Shown here: positions 46,979 through 57,322 of the stretch, piece by piece | Position numbering within the stretch: the first letter of the stretch is position 1 | How the letters are laid out: every line of letters begins with the position of its first letter | IMG/VR virus record: IMGVR_UViG_3300025789_000022 | From: an uncultured virus (IMG/VR IMGVR_UViG_3300025789_000022) | Lineage: Duplodnaviria > Heunggongvirae > Uroviricota > Caudoviricetes | DNA: 64,000 nt | Reading direction: 5' to 3' (one strand) | Notes under the pieces: model-generated | The model's database searches: none | The model's input: only the letters and a program-made list of their open reading frames with translations | What the model was told of the DNA's origin: nothing | Position numbers and translations under genes: made by a program

Positions 46979-49900
46979 ATGGCACTGCGTCGTTATTTTG
47001 GTAAAATAAGCCCACTTCAAATTGGTAATCTTGTTGGACACAATGGTGAATTGGTCATTGATGAAACAACAGATTACGTATACATCATGGATGGTGTAAC
47101 GCCTGGTGGTCAACAAATACTTTATACTAATGTTAATGCTGCAGTTTCAAATATCTATGCTAATGTTAATCCGAGTGTCAATAATTATTTTACTTTAGGT
47201 AATGTATCTAATGTTTGGGCTAATGCGTTTATTGGAAATGCTTTAGTATCAACCATAGGTATCGGTAATACTACTATTCATTGGTCTAACGTTACTAATA
47301 GATTAGTAATAGATAGTGATCTTAAAGTAAACGGTAATATAAATTTAACTGGTAGTGAAATTGTAGCAAGTTCGGCACAGTCTACTAATTTTATTAATAC
47401 TGCTGCTCCTGGTTATAATAATGGATTTTCATTTAGTAATGGAACAACAGGTGATAGTGGTGTATTTCATACTCTTGATAATGCCAACGTAATTCAAGTT
47501 TATTTGTCTGCAAATGGAAACCCATTTATATCAGCAGGTGGTGATGGAAATGGAGCAATTGGTTTTAATAATACTATTGTAAATGGTAATCTGACTATTT
47601 CTGGATTTTCTCCATACACAACTCAAATCGGTTTTGCCCCATCATTTAAACCTTCAAATGCAAAGTTAACATTTGCTGATCAAGTTAATTCTTTTGTTCA
47701 ATTTTTAATACAGAACAAAAGTAACGGAAATAATGCAAGTACTGATTTTGTAGCAACATCTAACGACGGTTCTGACTCAACTCATTATATTGATATGGGC
47801 ATTAATAGTAGCACATTTAATGGTGGTGGTGGATTAGATGGACCAGATGATGGTTATTTGCTTGTAGAAGGTGGAAAACTTCTTATTGCTACAATTGACC
47901 AACCTAACGATATTGTATTTGCTGTTGGTGGCGATGCCCCAAGCAATGAAATGGGTCGTTTTAAGTATGGTAATGGTTTCTCTGTAAATGGTAACCTAAC
48001 AGTAACTGGTAACTTAAATGTAACTGGTAACATTGTAACTACAAATTATGAAACTGTTTCCAAGACAGAATATGCTAATAGCATTGTTGCGAGTGGCAAT
48101 ATAACTGCCAGTGGAAATCTTACTGCAGCATATTATGTAGGCAATGGTTATTATCTAAGTAGCATTATTTCAAGTTATAGTAATGCAAATGTTGCTGCTT
48201 ATCTACCAACTTATAGCGGTAATTCAAATGCTGCATTCTTTACAGGTAATGGATATTATCTTACAAGTGTGCAAACAAGTTATAGTAATGCAAATGTTGC
48301 TGCTTATCTACCAACTTATAGCGGTAATTCAAATGCTGCATATCATACAGGTAATGGTTATTATCTAAGCGGTATTACTACAAGTTATGGTAATGCAAAT
48401 GTTGCTTCTTATCTACCAACCTATAGCGGTAATTTAAATGCTGCATATCATACAGGTAATGGATACTATCTAACTGGTATTCAAACAAGTTATAATAATA
48501 CAAATGTTGCTGCATACTTGCCAACTTATAGCGGTAATATGAGTGCTTATAAATTTATAAGCACTGCAATTCCTGGTTATAGTAATGGATTTGCATTTAG
48601 CAATGGTGTATTCGGTGATAGCGGTGTATTCCATACTCTTGACAGTTATAATACTATACAAGTTTATTTGTCTGCAAATGGAAAACCATTTATATCAGCA
48701 GGTGGTGATGGAAATGGATCAGTTGGTTTTACCAATACTATTATAAATGGTAATTTAACCATTTCTGGATTCTCTCCATACACAACTCAAATTGGCTTTG
48801 CTCCAACGTTCGTTCCATCAAATGCTAAACTTACATATGCAGACCAACAAAATACATATATTCAATTCTTATTACAGAATAAAAGTAACGGAAATAGTGC
48901 AAGTACTGACGTTGTATTAACATCAAATGATGGAACTGAAACAACTCATTATATTGACCTTGGCATTAATAGCAGTACATTTAATGCTGGTGGTGGACTA
49001 GATGGACCAGATGACGGCTATCTACTTGTAGAAGGTGGAAAACTTCTTATTGCTACTATTGATCAGCCAAATGATATCGTATTTGCTGTTGGTGGAGATG
49101 CTCCAGTAAATGAGATAGGTAGATTTAAGTACGGCAATGGTTTCATTGCTAATGGAAATGTTACTACAAATGGTAATATTATTCCGTTTGGAAATGCTGC
49201 TTATAGTTTGGGAAGTCCTACTAATCAATGGAAGAGTCTATATGTAAGCAATAACACAATTTATATTGCTGGAACTCCAGTTCAGGTTTCAAATGGATCA
49301 TTGTTTGTTAATGGCAATGCAGCCTATAGTAATAGTACAGTTTCTGCTTATCTTCCAACTGATAGTACAATTATCTCTCTTTATAGTAACGCTGCAAGCC
49401 AAGCAAATTTGATAACAACTATCAATGCTAATATAACTGCTGCAAACAGTGCTATCTCAACTGTTAATGCTAATGTGGTGGCTGCAAACAGTGCTATTTC
49501 TACGCTTATTTCAAATGCTGCAAGTCAGGCAAGCGATATCAATACGCTTTATGCAAATGCGGGTTCTCAGGCAAACAGTTTATCTACTCTAAACAGCACG
49601 GTGGTTAATCTTGCAGGTACTGTTGCTACTATCCAAGCAGGCAGTGGATTTGCTACTATACAACAGATTCAAGCAGCAAATAGTTCTATTACAACACTAA
49701 ATGCAAACTTAAATGCGGCTAATCTAAACATTACTAATATTCAAAGTAATATTGCGACTATTGCAAGCAATGTGAATACACTATTCACAAATGTAAGTGG
49801 ACTTGCTACAAGCATCAATACACTATTCACTAATGCTGCGAGTCAGGCAAATGATATCACAGTTCTTTATAGTAATGCTGCAAGTCAGGCAACCACACTG

Positions 49901-52663
49901 AATACACTTATCAGTAATTCTGCTCTACAAGAAAGTGAAATTGCTCTTCTCAATGCCAATGTTGCGGCTGCAAATAGTGCAATTGTTACTGCAAATAGCG
50001 CAGTAACTACATATGCAACTAACTTAAATGCAACAATGACTGCAAACATTGTTTCAACAAATTCACGTGTAACAGTACTAGAAGGAAATGTTGTAAGTAT
50101 TAATAATACACTTGTTGGTGTTATCAATGGCGCATTTAGTTATAGCAATGCAAACGTTGCAACATATCTACCAACTTACAGCGGTGCCTTAACTGCTGGT
50201 AATATCACAGCAAGTGGCAATGTTAGCGCAAACTTCTTTACAGGCAATGGTTATTATCTAACAGGTCTGTCGGCAACATACGGCAACACACAAGTTGCTG
50301 CTTACTTGCCAACTTATAGCGGTAATGTTAAAGCAGGCAATGTTCAGGCGACAACAGCAGTTTATGCTAACGCTTATTATTGGTATAACAATGGTGCGCC
50401 ATTTAGTAGTTCAACTTATAGTAATACAAATGTTGGACAATATCTTCCAACTGCAACTGCCATAACAGCAAATCTTGGTAATGTTATAACGAATAGTGGT
50501 GTATTTTATGCTAACGGTGTAAGCATACTTTTTGGTATTGGCGGAACATATAGTAATAGTAATGTTGTTGCTTACTTACCAACATATAGTGGCAATTCAA
50601 ATGCCTCATTCTTTACGGGTAATGGTTATTATCTAACAGGTATTACGAGTGGTTCAACTTATAGCAATACCAATGTGGCTGCTTATTTGCCAACCTATGC
50701 TGGCAATGTCAACGCTAATTTCTATCTTGGTAATGGCTATTATCTAACAGGTATTACGGGCGGTGGTTCTACATACAGCAACACAAACGTTGCTGCATAT
50801 TTGGTAACTTATAACGGTAACATTTCTGCTGGCAATCTTTCACTAAGCAGTGGTGCAAGTGGCAATATCAGTGGAACTGGTTATGTAACCGCTGGTAATA
50901 TGGTAGCAAATACAAACATGTATGCCAATGGTTTCTATTGGTATAACAATAATGCTACACTAGCATCTACTATTACTGGAACATTTGCTAATGCTAACGT
51001 AGCAGGTTATCTGCCAACTTATACAGGCAACGTTGGTGCTGGTAATATTATTCTTACTAATCTTGGAAATATTATAGCAGCCACTAACTCCAATCTATCA
51101 ATACGCACTTATGGTTTATATAATATTATAACACTTTATGGCATTGGTGGTGGATATAATAGTCCTCCTTATAGTAACCAATCACTTACAGGTGGTAATG
51201 GTAGTGGTATGACCGCATCATATAGTTCTGTTGGTGGTTATGTATCACAGGCTTCACTTGTTGTAACTAATCCTGGCACAGGTTATAAGAATGGTGATAT
51301 TCTTTCACTACCGGGCGGTGGTTCTACTGTAATTTTAAGTAATTATAATCAAAATATTACTACTAGCAAAGCATATAATTGGACATTTAGCACATATGAT
51401 GGCAACATAACTGTTCCTGGTAATATCATTATGCCAAGTAACAGTTATGTGTTAGGCGACTTTACTAACTCTAACGTTGCTTATAGAACATTCTTCCAGA
51501 CTACAACTGCTAATGCTACAACTGGCATCTATGCTGCACCAACTGGAACTGCAACTGGTGCAAGTTGGCAAGCAATAAACACAAATACTACTAATGCCAA
51601 CAATGCAAGTAAGATTCTTATTGCTACCAATGGTAATACTGATGTTCAGTTGATAAGTGGTGTTAATGGCAGCGGAACTTATCTACCGTTGAGTTTCTAT
51701 AACAACGGTGCTGCTCAGATGGTGATTTATCCAAATGGTAGCATCAATACGAGCAACGCTAATCCAATTACCACAACTGGTAACGTAAATGCTGGTTATT
51801 TTGTTGGTAATGGTTCGGCATTAACTGGTATTCAGGCAAACTTACAGGCTAGTAACATTTACGGCACAAGCAGCAACGTAACTATCGTTGCTGGCACATA
51901 CTCAAGTGTGTTTAGTAATGTTGGTATGGTAACAATGCCAAATGTCACTGTAACTGGCAATACAAGTGTTACAGGTAACATTACTGCAGGCAATGTTATT
52001 GCAACTGGAACAAGTGGTATGCAAACACGTTTCTTGTGGGATACTTGGCAAGCAAATACTAACGCATCACTAACATCATTTACTCCAAGTGGTAGTATAA
52101 GTGGCAATGCATCTTGGGATGCGACCCAAGCATATGGATTAAAGTTAACACCAGCAACAAATACCCAAAATGGTAATATCTATTGGAATTCAAGTACAGT
52201 CAACTATAATTATGATATGGTTATTACCGCATCGGTTGGTGCTGGTGGCGGCAATGGCGCAGATGGTCAATATATTTTCTTAGGATGTAGTGCAGTTCCT
52301 ACTTCACAGGCAACCAATGTTGGCGGTATTCACGTTTATAACCATTATTATAGCAACCAATGGGAAATATATGTAGCGGGAACTCAGTATATTATACCAT
52401 TTATTAACGAAGAAGCAAGTAACTATTTGCCAAGTGGAATTAGGGTTTGGAATGCCACTTACGTATGTTTCTACAATATTACTGTAAAAATACGCAAAAT
52501 ACAAAATGGTGCTCGTATGTTAGAAATATACTTGAATGAAGCATACCAAGGGTCTGTAAACATATCAAGTTGGAGTCCAGCAGGTAACTATTTCGGTGTA
52601 ACTGGGATAACGGGCGGCTCTAACTCTCAACACTGGGTTCGTCAATTGAGAATAGATTGGTAA
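46979..52663 (+). CDS. Long tail fibre/adhesin with internal repeats and C-terminal L-type-lectin-like domain (1894 aa)
   Basis: N-terminal 'GELVIDETT...DGVTPGG' (Mtd_N-like), YSNANVAAYLPTY repeats, a coiled-coil stretch, and C-terminal 'GADG...YFGVTGITGG'. Confidence 0.75.
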   Translation: MALRRYFGKISPLQIGNLVGHNGELVIDETTDYVYIMDGVTPGGQQILYTNVNAAVSNIYANVNPSVNNYFTLGNVSNVWANAFIGNALVSTIGIGNTTIHWSNVTNRLVIDSDLKVNGNINLTGSEIVASSAQSTNFINTAAPGYNNGFSFSNGTTGDSGVFHTLDNANVIQVYLSANGNPFISAGGDGNGAIGFNNTIVNGNLTISGFSPYTTQIGFAPSFKPSNAKLTFADQVNSFVQFLIQNKSNGNNASTDFVATSNDGSDSTHYIDMGINSSTFNGGGGLDGPDDGYLLVEGGKLLIATIDQPNDIVFAVGGDAPSNEMGRFKYGNGFSVNGNLTVTGNLNVTGNIVTTNYETVSKTEYANSIVASGNITASGNLTAAYYVGNGYYLSSIISSYSNANVAAYLPTYSGNSNAAFFTGNGYYLTSVQTSYSNANVAAYLPTYSGNSNAAYHTGNGYYLSGITTSYGNANVASYLPTYSGNLNAAYHTGNGYYLTGIQTSYNNTNVAAYLPTYSGNMSAYKFISTAIPGYSNGFAFSNGVFGDSGVFHTLDSYNTIQVYLSANGKPFISAGGDGNGSVGFTNTIINGNLTISGFSPYTTQIGFAPTFVPSNAKLTYADQQNTYIQFLLQNKSNGNSASTDVVLTSNDGTETTHYIDLGINSSTFNAGGGLDGPDDGYLLVEGGKLLIATIDQPNDIVFAVGGDAPVNEIGRFKYGNGFIANGNVTTNGNIIPFGNAAYSLGSPTNQWKSLYVSNNTIYIAGTPVQVSNGSLFVNGNAAYSNSTVSAYLPTDSTIISLYSNAASQANLITTINANITAANSAISTVNANVVAANSAISTLISNAASQASDINTLYANAGSQANSLSTLNSTVVNLAGTVATIQAGSGFATIQQIQAANSSITTLNANLNAANLNITNIQSNIATIASNVNTLFTNVSGLATSINTLFTNAASQANDITVLYSNAASQATTLNTLISNSALQESEIALLNANVAAANSAIVTANSAVTTYATNLNATMTANIVSTNSRVTVLEGNVVSINNTLVGVINGAFSYSNANVATYLPTYSGALTAGNITASGNVSANFFTGNGYYLTGLSATYGNTQVAAYLPTYSGNVKAGNVQATTAVYANAYYWYNNGAPFSSSTYSNTNVGQYLPTATAITANLGNVITNSGVFYANGVSILFGIGGTYSNSNVVAYLPTYSGNSNASFFTGNGYYLTGITSGSTYSNTNVAAYLPTYAGNVNANFYLGNGYYLTGITGGGSTYSNTNVAAYLVTYNGNISAGNLSLSSGASGNISGTGYVTAGNMVANTNMYANGFYWYNNNATLASTITGTFANANVAGYLPTYTGNVGAGNIILTNLGNIIAATNSNLSIRTYGLYNIITLYGIGGGYNSPPYSNQSLTGGNGSGMTASYSSVGGYVSQASLVVTNPGTGYKNGDILSLPGGGSTVILSNYNQNITTSKAYNWTFSTYDGNITVPGNIIMPSNSYVLGDFTNSNVAYRTFFQTTTANATTGIYAAPTGTATGASWQAINTNTTNANNASKILIATNGNTDVQLISGVNGSGTYLPLSFYNNGAAQMVIYPNGSINTSNANPITTTGNVNAGYFVGNGSALTGIQANLQASNIYGTSSNVTIVAGTYSSVFSNVGMVTMPNVTVTGNTSVTGNITAGNVIATGTSGMQTRFLWDTWQANTNASLTSFTPSGSISGNASWDATQAYGLKLTPATNTQNGNIYWNSSTVNYNYDMVITASVGAGGGNGADGQYIFLGCSAVPTSQATNVGGIHVYNHYYSNQWEIYVAGTQYIIPFINEEASNYLPSGIRVWNATYVCFYNITVKIRKIQNGARMLEIYLNEAYQGSVNISSWSPAGNYFGVTGITGGSNSQHWVRQLRIDW
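47390..49144 (+). repeat. Internal ~590-bp duplication (47390-47980 / 48554-49144) flanking ~3.5 tandem 105-bp units (48171-48540)
   Basis: Offset of 1164 bp between the large copies; the 105-bp units start at 48171, 48276, 48381 and 48486. Confidence 0.9.
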
Positions 52664-52664
52664 T

Positions 52665-53381
52665 ATGATTATATCTGGTGTGCAACTTACTAATGTTGGC
52701 TATATTGTTGATACTAAACCTGGTTTGGCTGGTAGTTTAATTTTTGCTGGCGGAAGTTCAGGACATGGCGGTTCCTACTTAAGTTTAAGTCCAGGTATTT
52801 CTATTGCTAGTGGATCATATTGCATTGAAGGTTGGTTTCAATTGCCTAACTTTACTAATGCTTATGGTATAATGGGTGCTAACGGTGATTATGGTTTAAG
52901 TTTATTTGTTACCAATTCTACAACTATCTCAACAGATAGTTATGGCGGACGAGGAGCATTATCTTATACTGTGCCTACTATGACTACAAATAAGTGGTAT
53001 TACTTTGCACTTGTAAGAAATAGCAGTAACCAAGAAACGTTATTTTTAGGAAGTACAGTTGGTGGCACTGCTGCAAGAAGTACAAGCGGAGTTCAAACAA
53101 ATAATATAAATTATTATACTAGTTCAAATCCAACTAATGATATTGGAACATATTATGGTCAAAACTGGCCAGGTTATATGACTAATTTGCGTGTAGTTGT
53201 TGGTTCTAATCCATATGATCCTAATTCAACTAGTATAACCGTTCCTAGTGCAGCACTGACCGCTATTACAAATACGCAATACTTGATGCTTGGTGATAGC
53301 GTGACTGGTGATGCTAGTGGTACACAGACCGTTACCCTACATGGAACTATTACACAAAGTTCAGCAATAAAACCGTTTTAA
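52665..53381 (+). CDS. LamG/ConA-like domain virion protein
   Basis: 'YCIEGWF', 'NKWYYFALVR' and 'GYMTNLRVV'. Confidence 0.7.
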   Translation: MIISGVQLTNVGYIVDTKPGLAGSLIFAGGSSGHGGSYLSLSPGISIASGSYCIEGWFQLPNFTNAYGIMGANGDYGLSLFVTNSTTISTDSYGGRGALSYTVPTMTTNKWYYFALVRNSSNQETLFLGSTVGGTAARSTSGVQTNNINYYTSSNPTNDIGTYYGQNWPGYMTNLRVVVGSNPYDPNSTSITVPSAALTAITNTQYLMLGDSVTGDASGTQTVTLHGTITQSSAIKPF

Positions 53382-53390
53382 GGATTAACA

Positions 53391-54140
53391 ATGACATTTA
53401 ATGTAGCAAGCGGTTGGAATATTGGCGGTAATTGGAATATCAGTAGTTACGATGCTATTGTAAACGATAGTATCTTATACAATCTTGATATGCAGAACTA
53501 TTCAGCATCAGCCAATACTTGGGTTGACAGTAAGAATAGTTATACATTTACTTTTTATAATGGTAGTGGCACTGGCAATGTTGCCATACCAAGCGTAACC
53601 AACGTGGGGACTACTCAAGCATATTTTACAACGGCTGGCAATGTTTGGGCAAAAGCACCAAGTGCTATTATGAACGGTTCTGTTAGTTATAGTAAAGGTG
53701 CAGTCATTCGTGGGCATAATACTGTTGCTGCTCCATTTGGACCAGGGTATTTGCAATGCAGTCAAGAAGCCAGAGACACAACTTGGTTTAACAATGGTCA
53801 AAATGTTTTCTGTGCTGGTAACCATTTAACTTCGTCTTATACTGATGTGGCGCAAAATGTTGGAACAGTAGCATTAAACACTTGGTATTATGTAAGCACA
53901 ACATTTGATACAGGACTTGGATGGAAAATATATGTAAATGGTGCGCTAGTTGGTGCAAGTGCCACTAACGCAGTTGGACAAAATCCTACTACTCCCGTCA
54001 TTGGTGCTACACAAACATCGCCAGCATTTTATGGCGATATCGCAGCAGCACATTGTTATACAAGAGCATTATCACAATTAGAACATTATCAAAACGCAAG
54101 CTATTGGCTAACCAGATATAATGGTGCCGCTCCATCATAA
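53391..54140 (+). CDS. LamG/ConA-like domain virion protein
   Basis: 'LNTWYYVSTTFD...KIYVNG...FYGDIAAAHCYTRALS'. Confidence 0.75.
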   Translation: MTFNVASGWNIGGNWNISSYDAIVNDSILYNLDMQNYSASANTWVDSKNSYTFTFYNGSGTGNVAIPSVTNVGTTQAYFTTAGNVWAKAPSAIMNGSVSYSKGAVIRGHNTVAAPFGPGYLQCSQEARDTTWFNNGQNVFCAGNHLTSSYTDVAQNVGTVALNTWYYVSTTFDTGLGWKIYVNGALVGASATNAVGQNPTTPVIGATQTSPAFYGDIAAAHCYTRALSQLEHYQNASYWLTRYNGAAPS

Positions 54141-54211
54141 CATAAATACCTTGTCGTTTAAGACTACGGAAAGCCAACCGTTGACCTAGAACGTCATACA
54201 AGGAGAATAAA

Positions 54212-55027
54212 ATGGCAAAATTTAAGATTCAGAAGAGCGCAACAGTAAACCAATATGCGGACACCAACAATGTTATCGGTGGTACTGGCGGTCTAACAAC
54301 AATTAGTGGAAATCAAGTTCGTGCAAACGTTTATGTAGCAGGCGCATCTGTTCCTGCACTTGGTAGTTTATTGCGTTCAAAAGGCAAGAGTAAGTTCTTA
54401 GTCAACGATGTTACTACTATTCAAGATGAAGCAATTACTGTTGGCAATGCTTATGTTATTACTAGTGTTGGCACTACAAACTGGGCTTTCCTCGGTGGTC
54501 CACAAAGTGCAGGTGTTGGTGATATCTTCACTGCAACAAATCAAAATCCAAGTTTAACTACAACTGGCGTAGTAAATCTATTAGGTGTTTGTACTCTTGC
54601 AAACATTCCAAATGCAAACCTAAGTGCTGGTTCAATGAGCATCGGTGTTGATACTGCAGTTATTTCATATGCTAACGTAAACGTTTATGTTGGTGGCAGC
54701 ACTACATATGCTTATGTAACTTATCTAACTGCAAACGTAACTGGTCCAAAAACACCAGGTGTCGGTGATTATCTACGTGGAACTGGTATTACTGGTAACG
54801 TAAAAATTGCATCTGTTACTGCAAATACAGTTACTGGTCAGTCAAACGCTAACGTATCATTAGGAATTGCACAAACAGTTGGTAACTTATTCAACCAAGC
54901 AAGTATCTATAGCGGTGGTTATGCTGCTCGTCTATCTAACAAGTTTGTTGTAGATTTCAATGGTAGCAAGTATCAGTGGACATTTAGTGACCCAACTGCT
55001 ACTACTGTTCGCATTCCAGGCGCATAA
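54212..55027 (+). CDS. Abundant virion structural protein (unknown)
   Basis: Own TAAATA promoter, AAGGAG RBS and terminator; capsid-like codon usage by eye. Confidence 0.65.
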   Translation: MAKFKIQKSATVNQYADTNNVIGGTGGLTTISGNQVRANVYVAGASVPALGSLLRSKGKSKFLVNDVTTIQDEAITVGNAYVITSVGTTNWAFLGGPQSAGVGDIFTATNQNPSLTTTGVVNLLGVCTLANIPNANLSAGSMSIGVDTAVISYANVNVYVGGSTTYAYVTYLTANVTGPKTPGVGDYLRGTGITGNVKIASVTANTVTGQSNANVSLGIAQTVGNLFNQASIYSGGYAARLSNKFVVDFNGSKYQWTFSDPTATTVRIPGA

Positions 55028-55049
55028 TAAACGTCAAAATAACAGATAT

Positions 55050-55078
55050 AATAGCAGCCTACGGGCTGCTATTTTTTT
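55050..55078 (+). terminator. Intrinsic terminator
   Basis: AATAGCAGCC-TACG-GGCTGCTATT followed by a T-run (UNCG tetraloop). Confidence 0.9.
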
Positions 55079-55120
55079 ATATAATCACCTTCGCATAAAT
55101 ATTCTGGTAGGATTTATTAA

Positions 55121-55819
55121 ATGACTAGTGTCAAAAGAGTTACAAACAGCAGTGGTGGCGTCGGCGGTTATACAATTATTGCTGACCCAGTATATATCTA
55201 TGGTAATTTGTATGTAACGGGTAATACAAATACTACTTCTACCAACGATCTTGCTATTACCAATAACTCTATTATTATGAACGCTGGATTAAGTGGCGCA
55301 AATGCACCTAATCCACAAGGCGCAAACATCACTGTTGATCGTGGAACTTCTCCAAATGTTTCTATTCAGTGGAGTGAGTCACTTGGTTATTGGCAATTAA
55401 CCAATGACGGCACAACGTTTTCTAAAATTGCATCAGCAAGTGGTGGTGTGGCTGCTGCTGGATATAATACTGCTGTTCAATATAATAATGCAAATGCACT
55501 TGCTGGTAGTAATAGTTTTACATTTGGCAGTGGTAACTTAAGCGTATTTGGAACAAATATTGGTAACGGAAATGTTTATGCAACTGGTGTTAGCCAAGAC
55601 TTAACACTTGTATCTGCTAATGGCGTTGTTTATATTAACGATGTATTAAAATTAAGTTATCAATCAACCGCACCAAGCAATGTTGCAAGTACCACACAGA
55701 TATTTGCAAATACTGTGGGCGGTGGTGGCACTGGTTTGTATGTAGTAAATAGCGGAACTGGTGATGAATTGATAACTAAAACTAAAGCCACAGTGTTGGC
55801 ATTGATATTTGGAGCGTAA
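55121..55819 (+). CDS. Virion structural/fibre-associated protein
   Basis: G/N/T-rich ORF behind a late promoter. Confidence 0.65.
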   Translation: MTSVKRVTNSSGGVGGYTIIADPVYIYGNLYVTGNTNTTSTNDLAITNNSIIMNAGLSGANAPNPQGANITVDRGTSPNVSIQWSESLGYWQLTNDGTTFSKIASASGGVAAAGYNTAVQYNNANALAGSNSFTFGSGNLSVFGTNIGNGNVYATGVSQDLTLVSANGVVYINDVLKLSYQSTAPSNVASTTQIFANTVGGGGTGLYVVNSGTGDELITKTKATVLALIFGA

Positions 55820-55828
55820 GGAAATAAA

Positions 55829-56146
55829 ATGGCAATATTAAATGCAAATCTCGGAACCACAGCAACTGCAATTTATACCAGCAGCGGACAAACTGTTGTT
55901 ACTCTCCTTTATTTCTGCAATGTAAGCGGATCAACTAAGTTAGCCAATCTTTATATTGTTCCCTCTTCACAGAGCAGCGTTGGTGCACAAACTTACAATC
56001 AAATTTATGCAAACTATGCGATTACAACAAGTGATACTCTAGTTGTAGCAAGTGAAAAGATCATTCTTAATAATGGTGATGCTCTTTATGCTAATAGTAA
56101 TGCAAGCCCATCTTTGACTGCAACTGTAGGATATATTTCACTATAA
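55829..56146 (+). CDS. Small virion structural protein
   Basis: AAGGA RBS; TAATG-coupled to the next gene. Confidence 0.65.
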   Translation: MAILNANLGTTATAIYTSSGQTVVTLLYFCNVSGSTKLANLYIVPSSQSSVGAQTYNQIYANYAITTSDTLVVASEKIILNNGDALYANSNASPSLTATVGYISL

Positions 56147-56565
56147 TGGCACGTTTACTTAAAAATGCAAGTTTGCAAACAGGTAGCACTGCAATTAGAT
56201 TGCCGCTTGGTGCTACAAGTGATCGTCCATCCACACCTGTAAATGGGCAGATTCGTTTCAATACTGACACACAACGTTTTGAAATTTATTATAATGCCTG
56301 GCAAAGTATCGCTATTCTTGGTAATGTTACCATTTACAAAGATACGTTTACTGGTGATGGATTGACTACTAACTATACACTAAGTTATACTCCACCAGAT
56401 CAAAACAGTATTTTAGTATTTGTTGGCAATGTTCAACAAAATCCAGGTGATGCTTTTACACTTTCTGGTGCAAATATTATATTTGCTAACCCTCCACCTG
56501 CAACTTATAGTGTTGTTGTTTTCCATAAATTTTCATCTACGGATGCAAATCTACCAGGTACTTGA
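56146..56565 (+). CDS. Virion structural protein
   Basis: 'LPLGAT..RP...GQIRFNTD' and 'FTGDG.TT.YTLS' modules, also seen in 59314-61065. Confidence 0.65.
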   Translation: MARLLKNASLQTGSTAIRLPLGATSDRPSTPVNGQIRFNTDTQRFEIYYNAWQSIAILGNVTIYKDTFTGDGLTTNYTLSYTPPDQNSILVFVGNVQQNPGDAFTLSGANIIFANPPPATYSVVVFHKFSSTDANLPGT

Positions 56566-57207
56566 TAACCTACCCTTAACGCAATTTATTGGACAATCTT
56601 TTGTAAAATAAGATTTTTTTCCGTCATTCCACCAATGTTTACCTTTTTGTGCAATTGATCTTTTTAATTTGTGTTCATTGGATTGTTTAATTCCTCGTTT
56701 TGCTAATGCAGCATTTTTAATATGTTCGGATGTATGTTTTTTTCCTGTATGCGCCTTTGATCTTTTTTCATTAGATTCTTTTGATTGTTTACATCCTCTG
56801 CGAGAATCTGCTGCTTTTTTAATATGTTCGGGAGATTGTTTTTTACCTTTTAATAAACTTGGCTTTCCAATCATTGATTTTCTTCTTTTTTCAATAGTTG
56901 TTTCAGATTGAATAGCCCCACTTGTTCCATCACCGCCATCCGTTTTATTTCTTAATATACCAGTTTTCATATCTTTTCTGCCATACCAAAGAATCATTCG
57001 TCTTTCAATTGCTAATGCACCTATTTCTGTTAAATTGTGTTCTAAAATAATAATGTTATTTTTATTTTTTGGTAAAGATATCAAATGGTTTTTAGACCAT
57101 GCTCTATTTTTGTAACCTTTTCCAATATAGTAGGGAGTCAAATCCGATGCTCTTATATAAGCATATACATAATATCCGCTTGGCGGATTAGTGCTGGTAA
57201 ATACCAT
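56551..57207 (-). mobile_element. Free-standing GIY-YIG homing endonuclease gene with NUMOD3-like repeats
   Basis: 'YYVYAY...PYYIGKG...R', 'LRNKTDGGDG' and ~17-aa 'GKKQSPEHIKK' repeats; antisense to the operon; AT-rich. Confidence 0.85.
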
Positions 57208-57322
57208 TGCGCTGTGTTCCTCTTAAACATAGAGTAGGTGGGGCTGCAACCCGTGACCTACACTATTATTTATAAAAAGTTAAAAATTATTTTTCCATAA
57301 ATATAAAAATAGGGTATAAAAG

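Noticed and set aside
47390..49144. Possible diversity-generating retroelement TR/VR pair
   Set aside because: Both copies are in-frame parts of one gene, the differences are largely synonymous and not adenine-specific, and no reverse transcriptase is present in the window.
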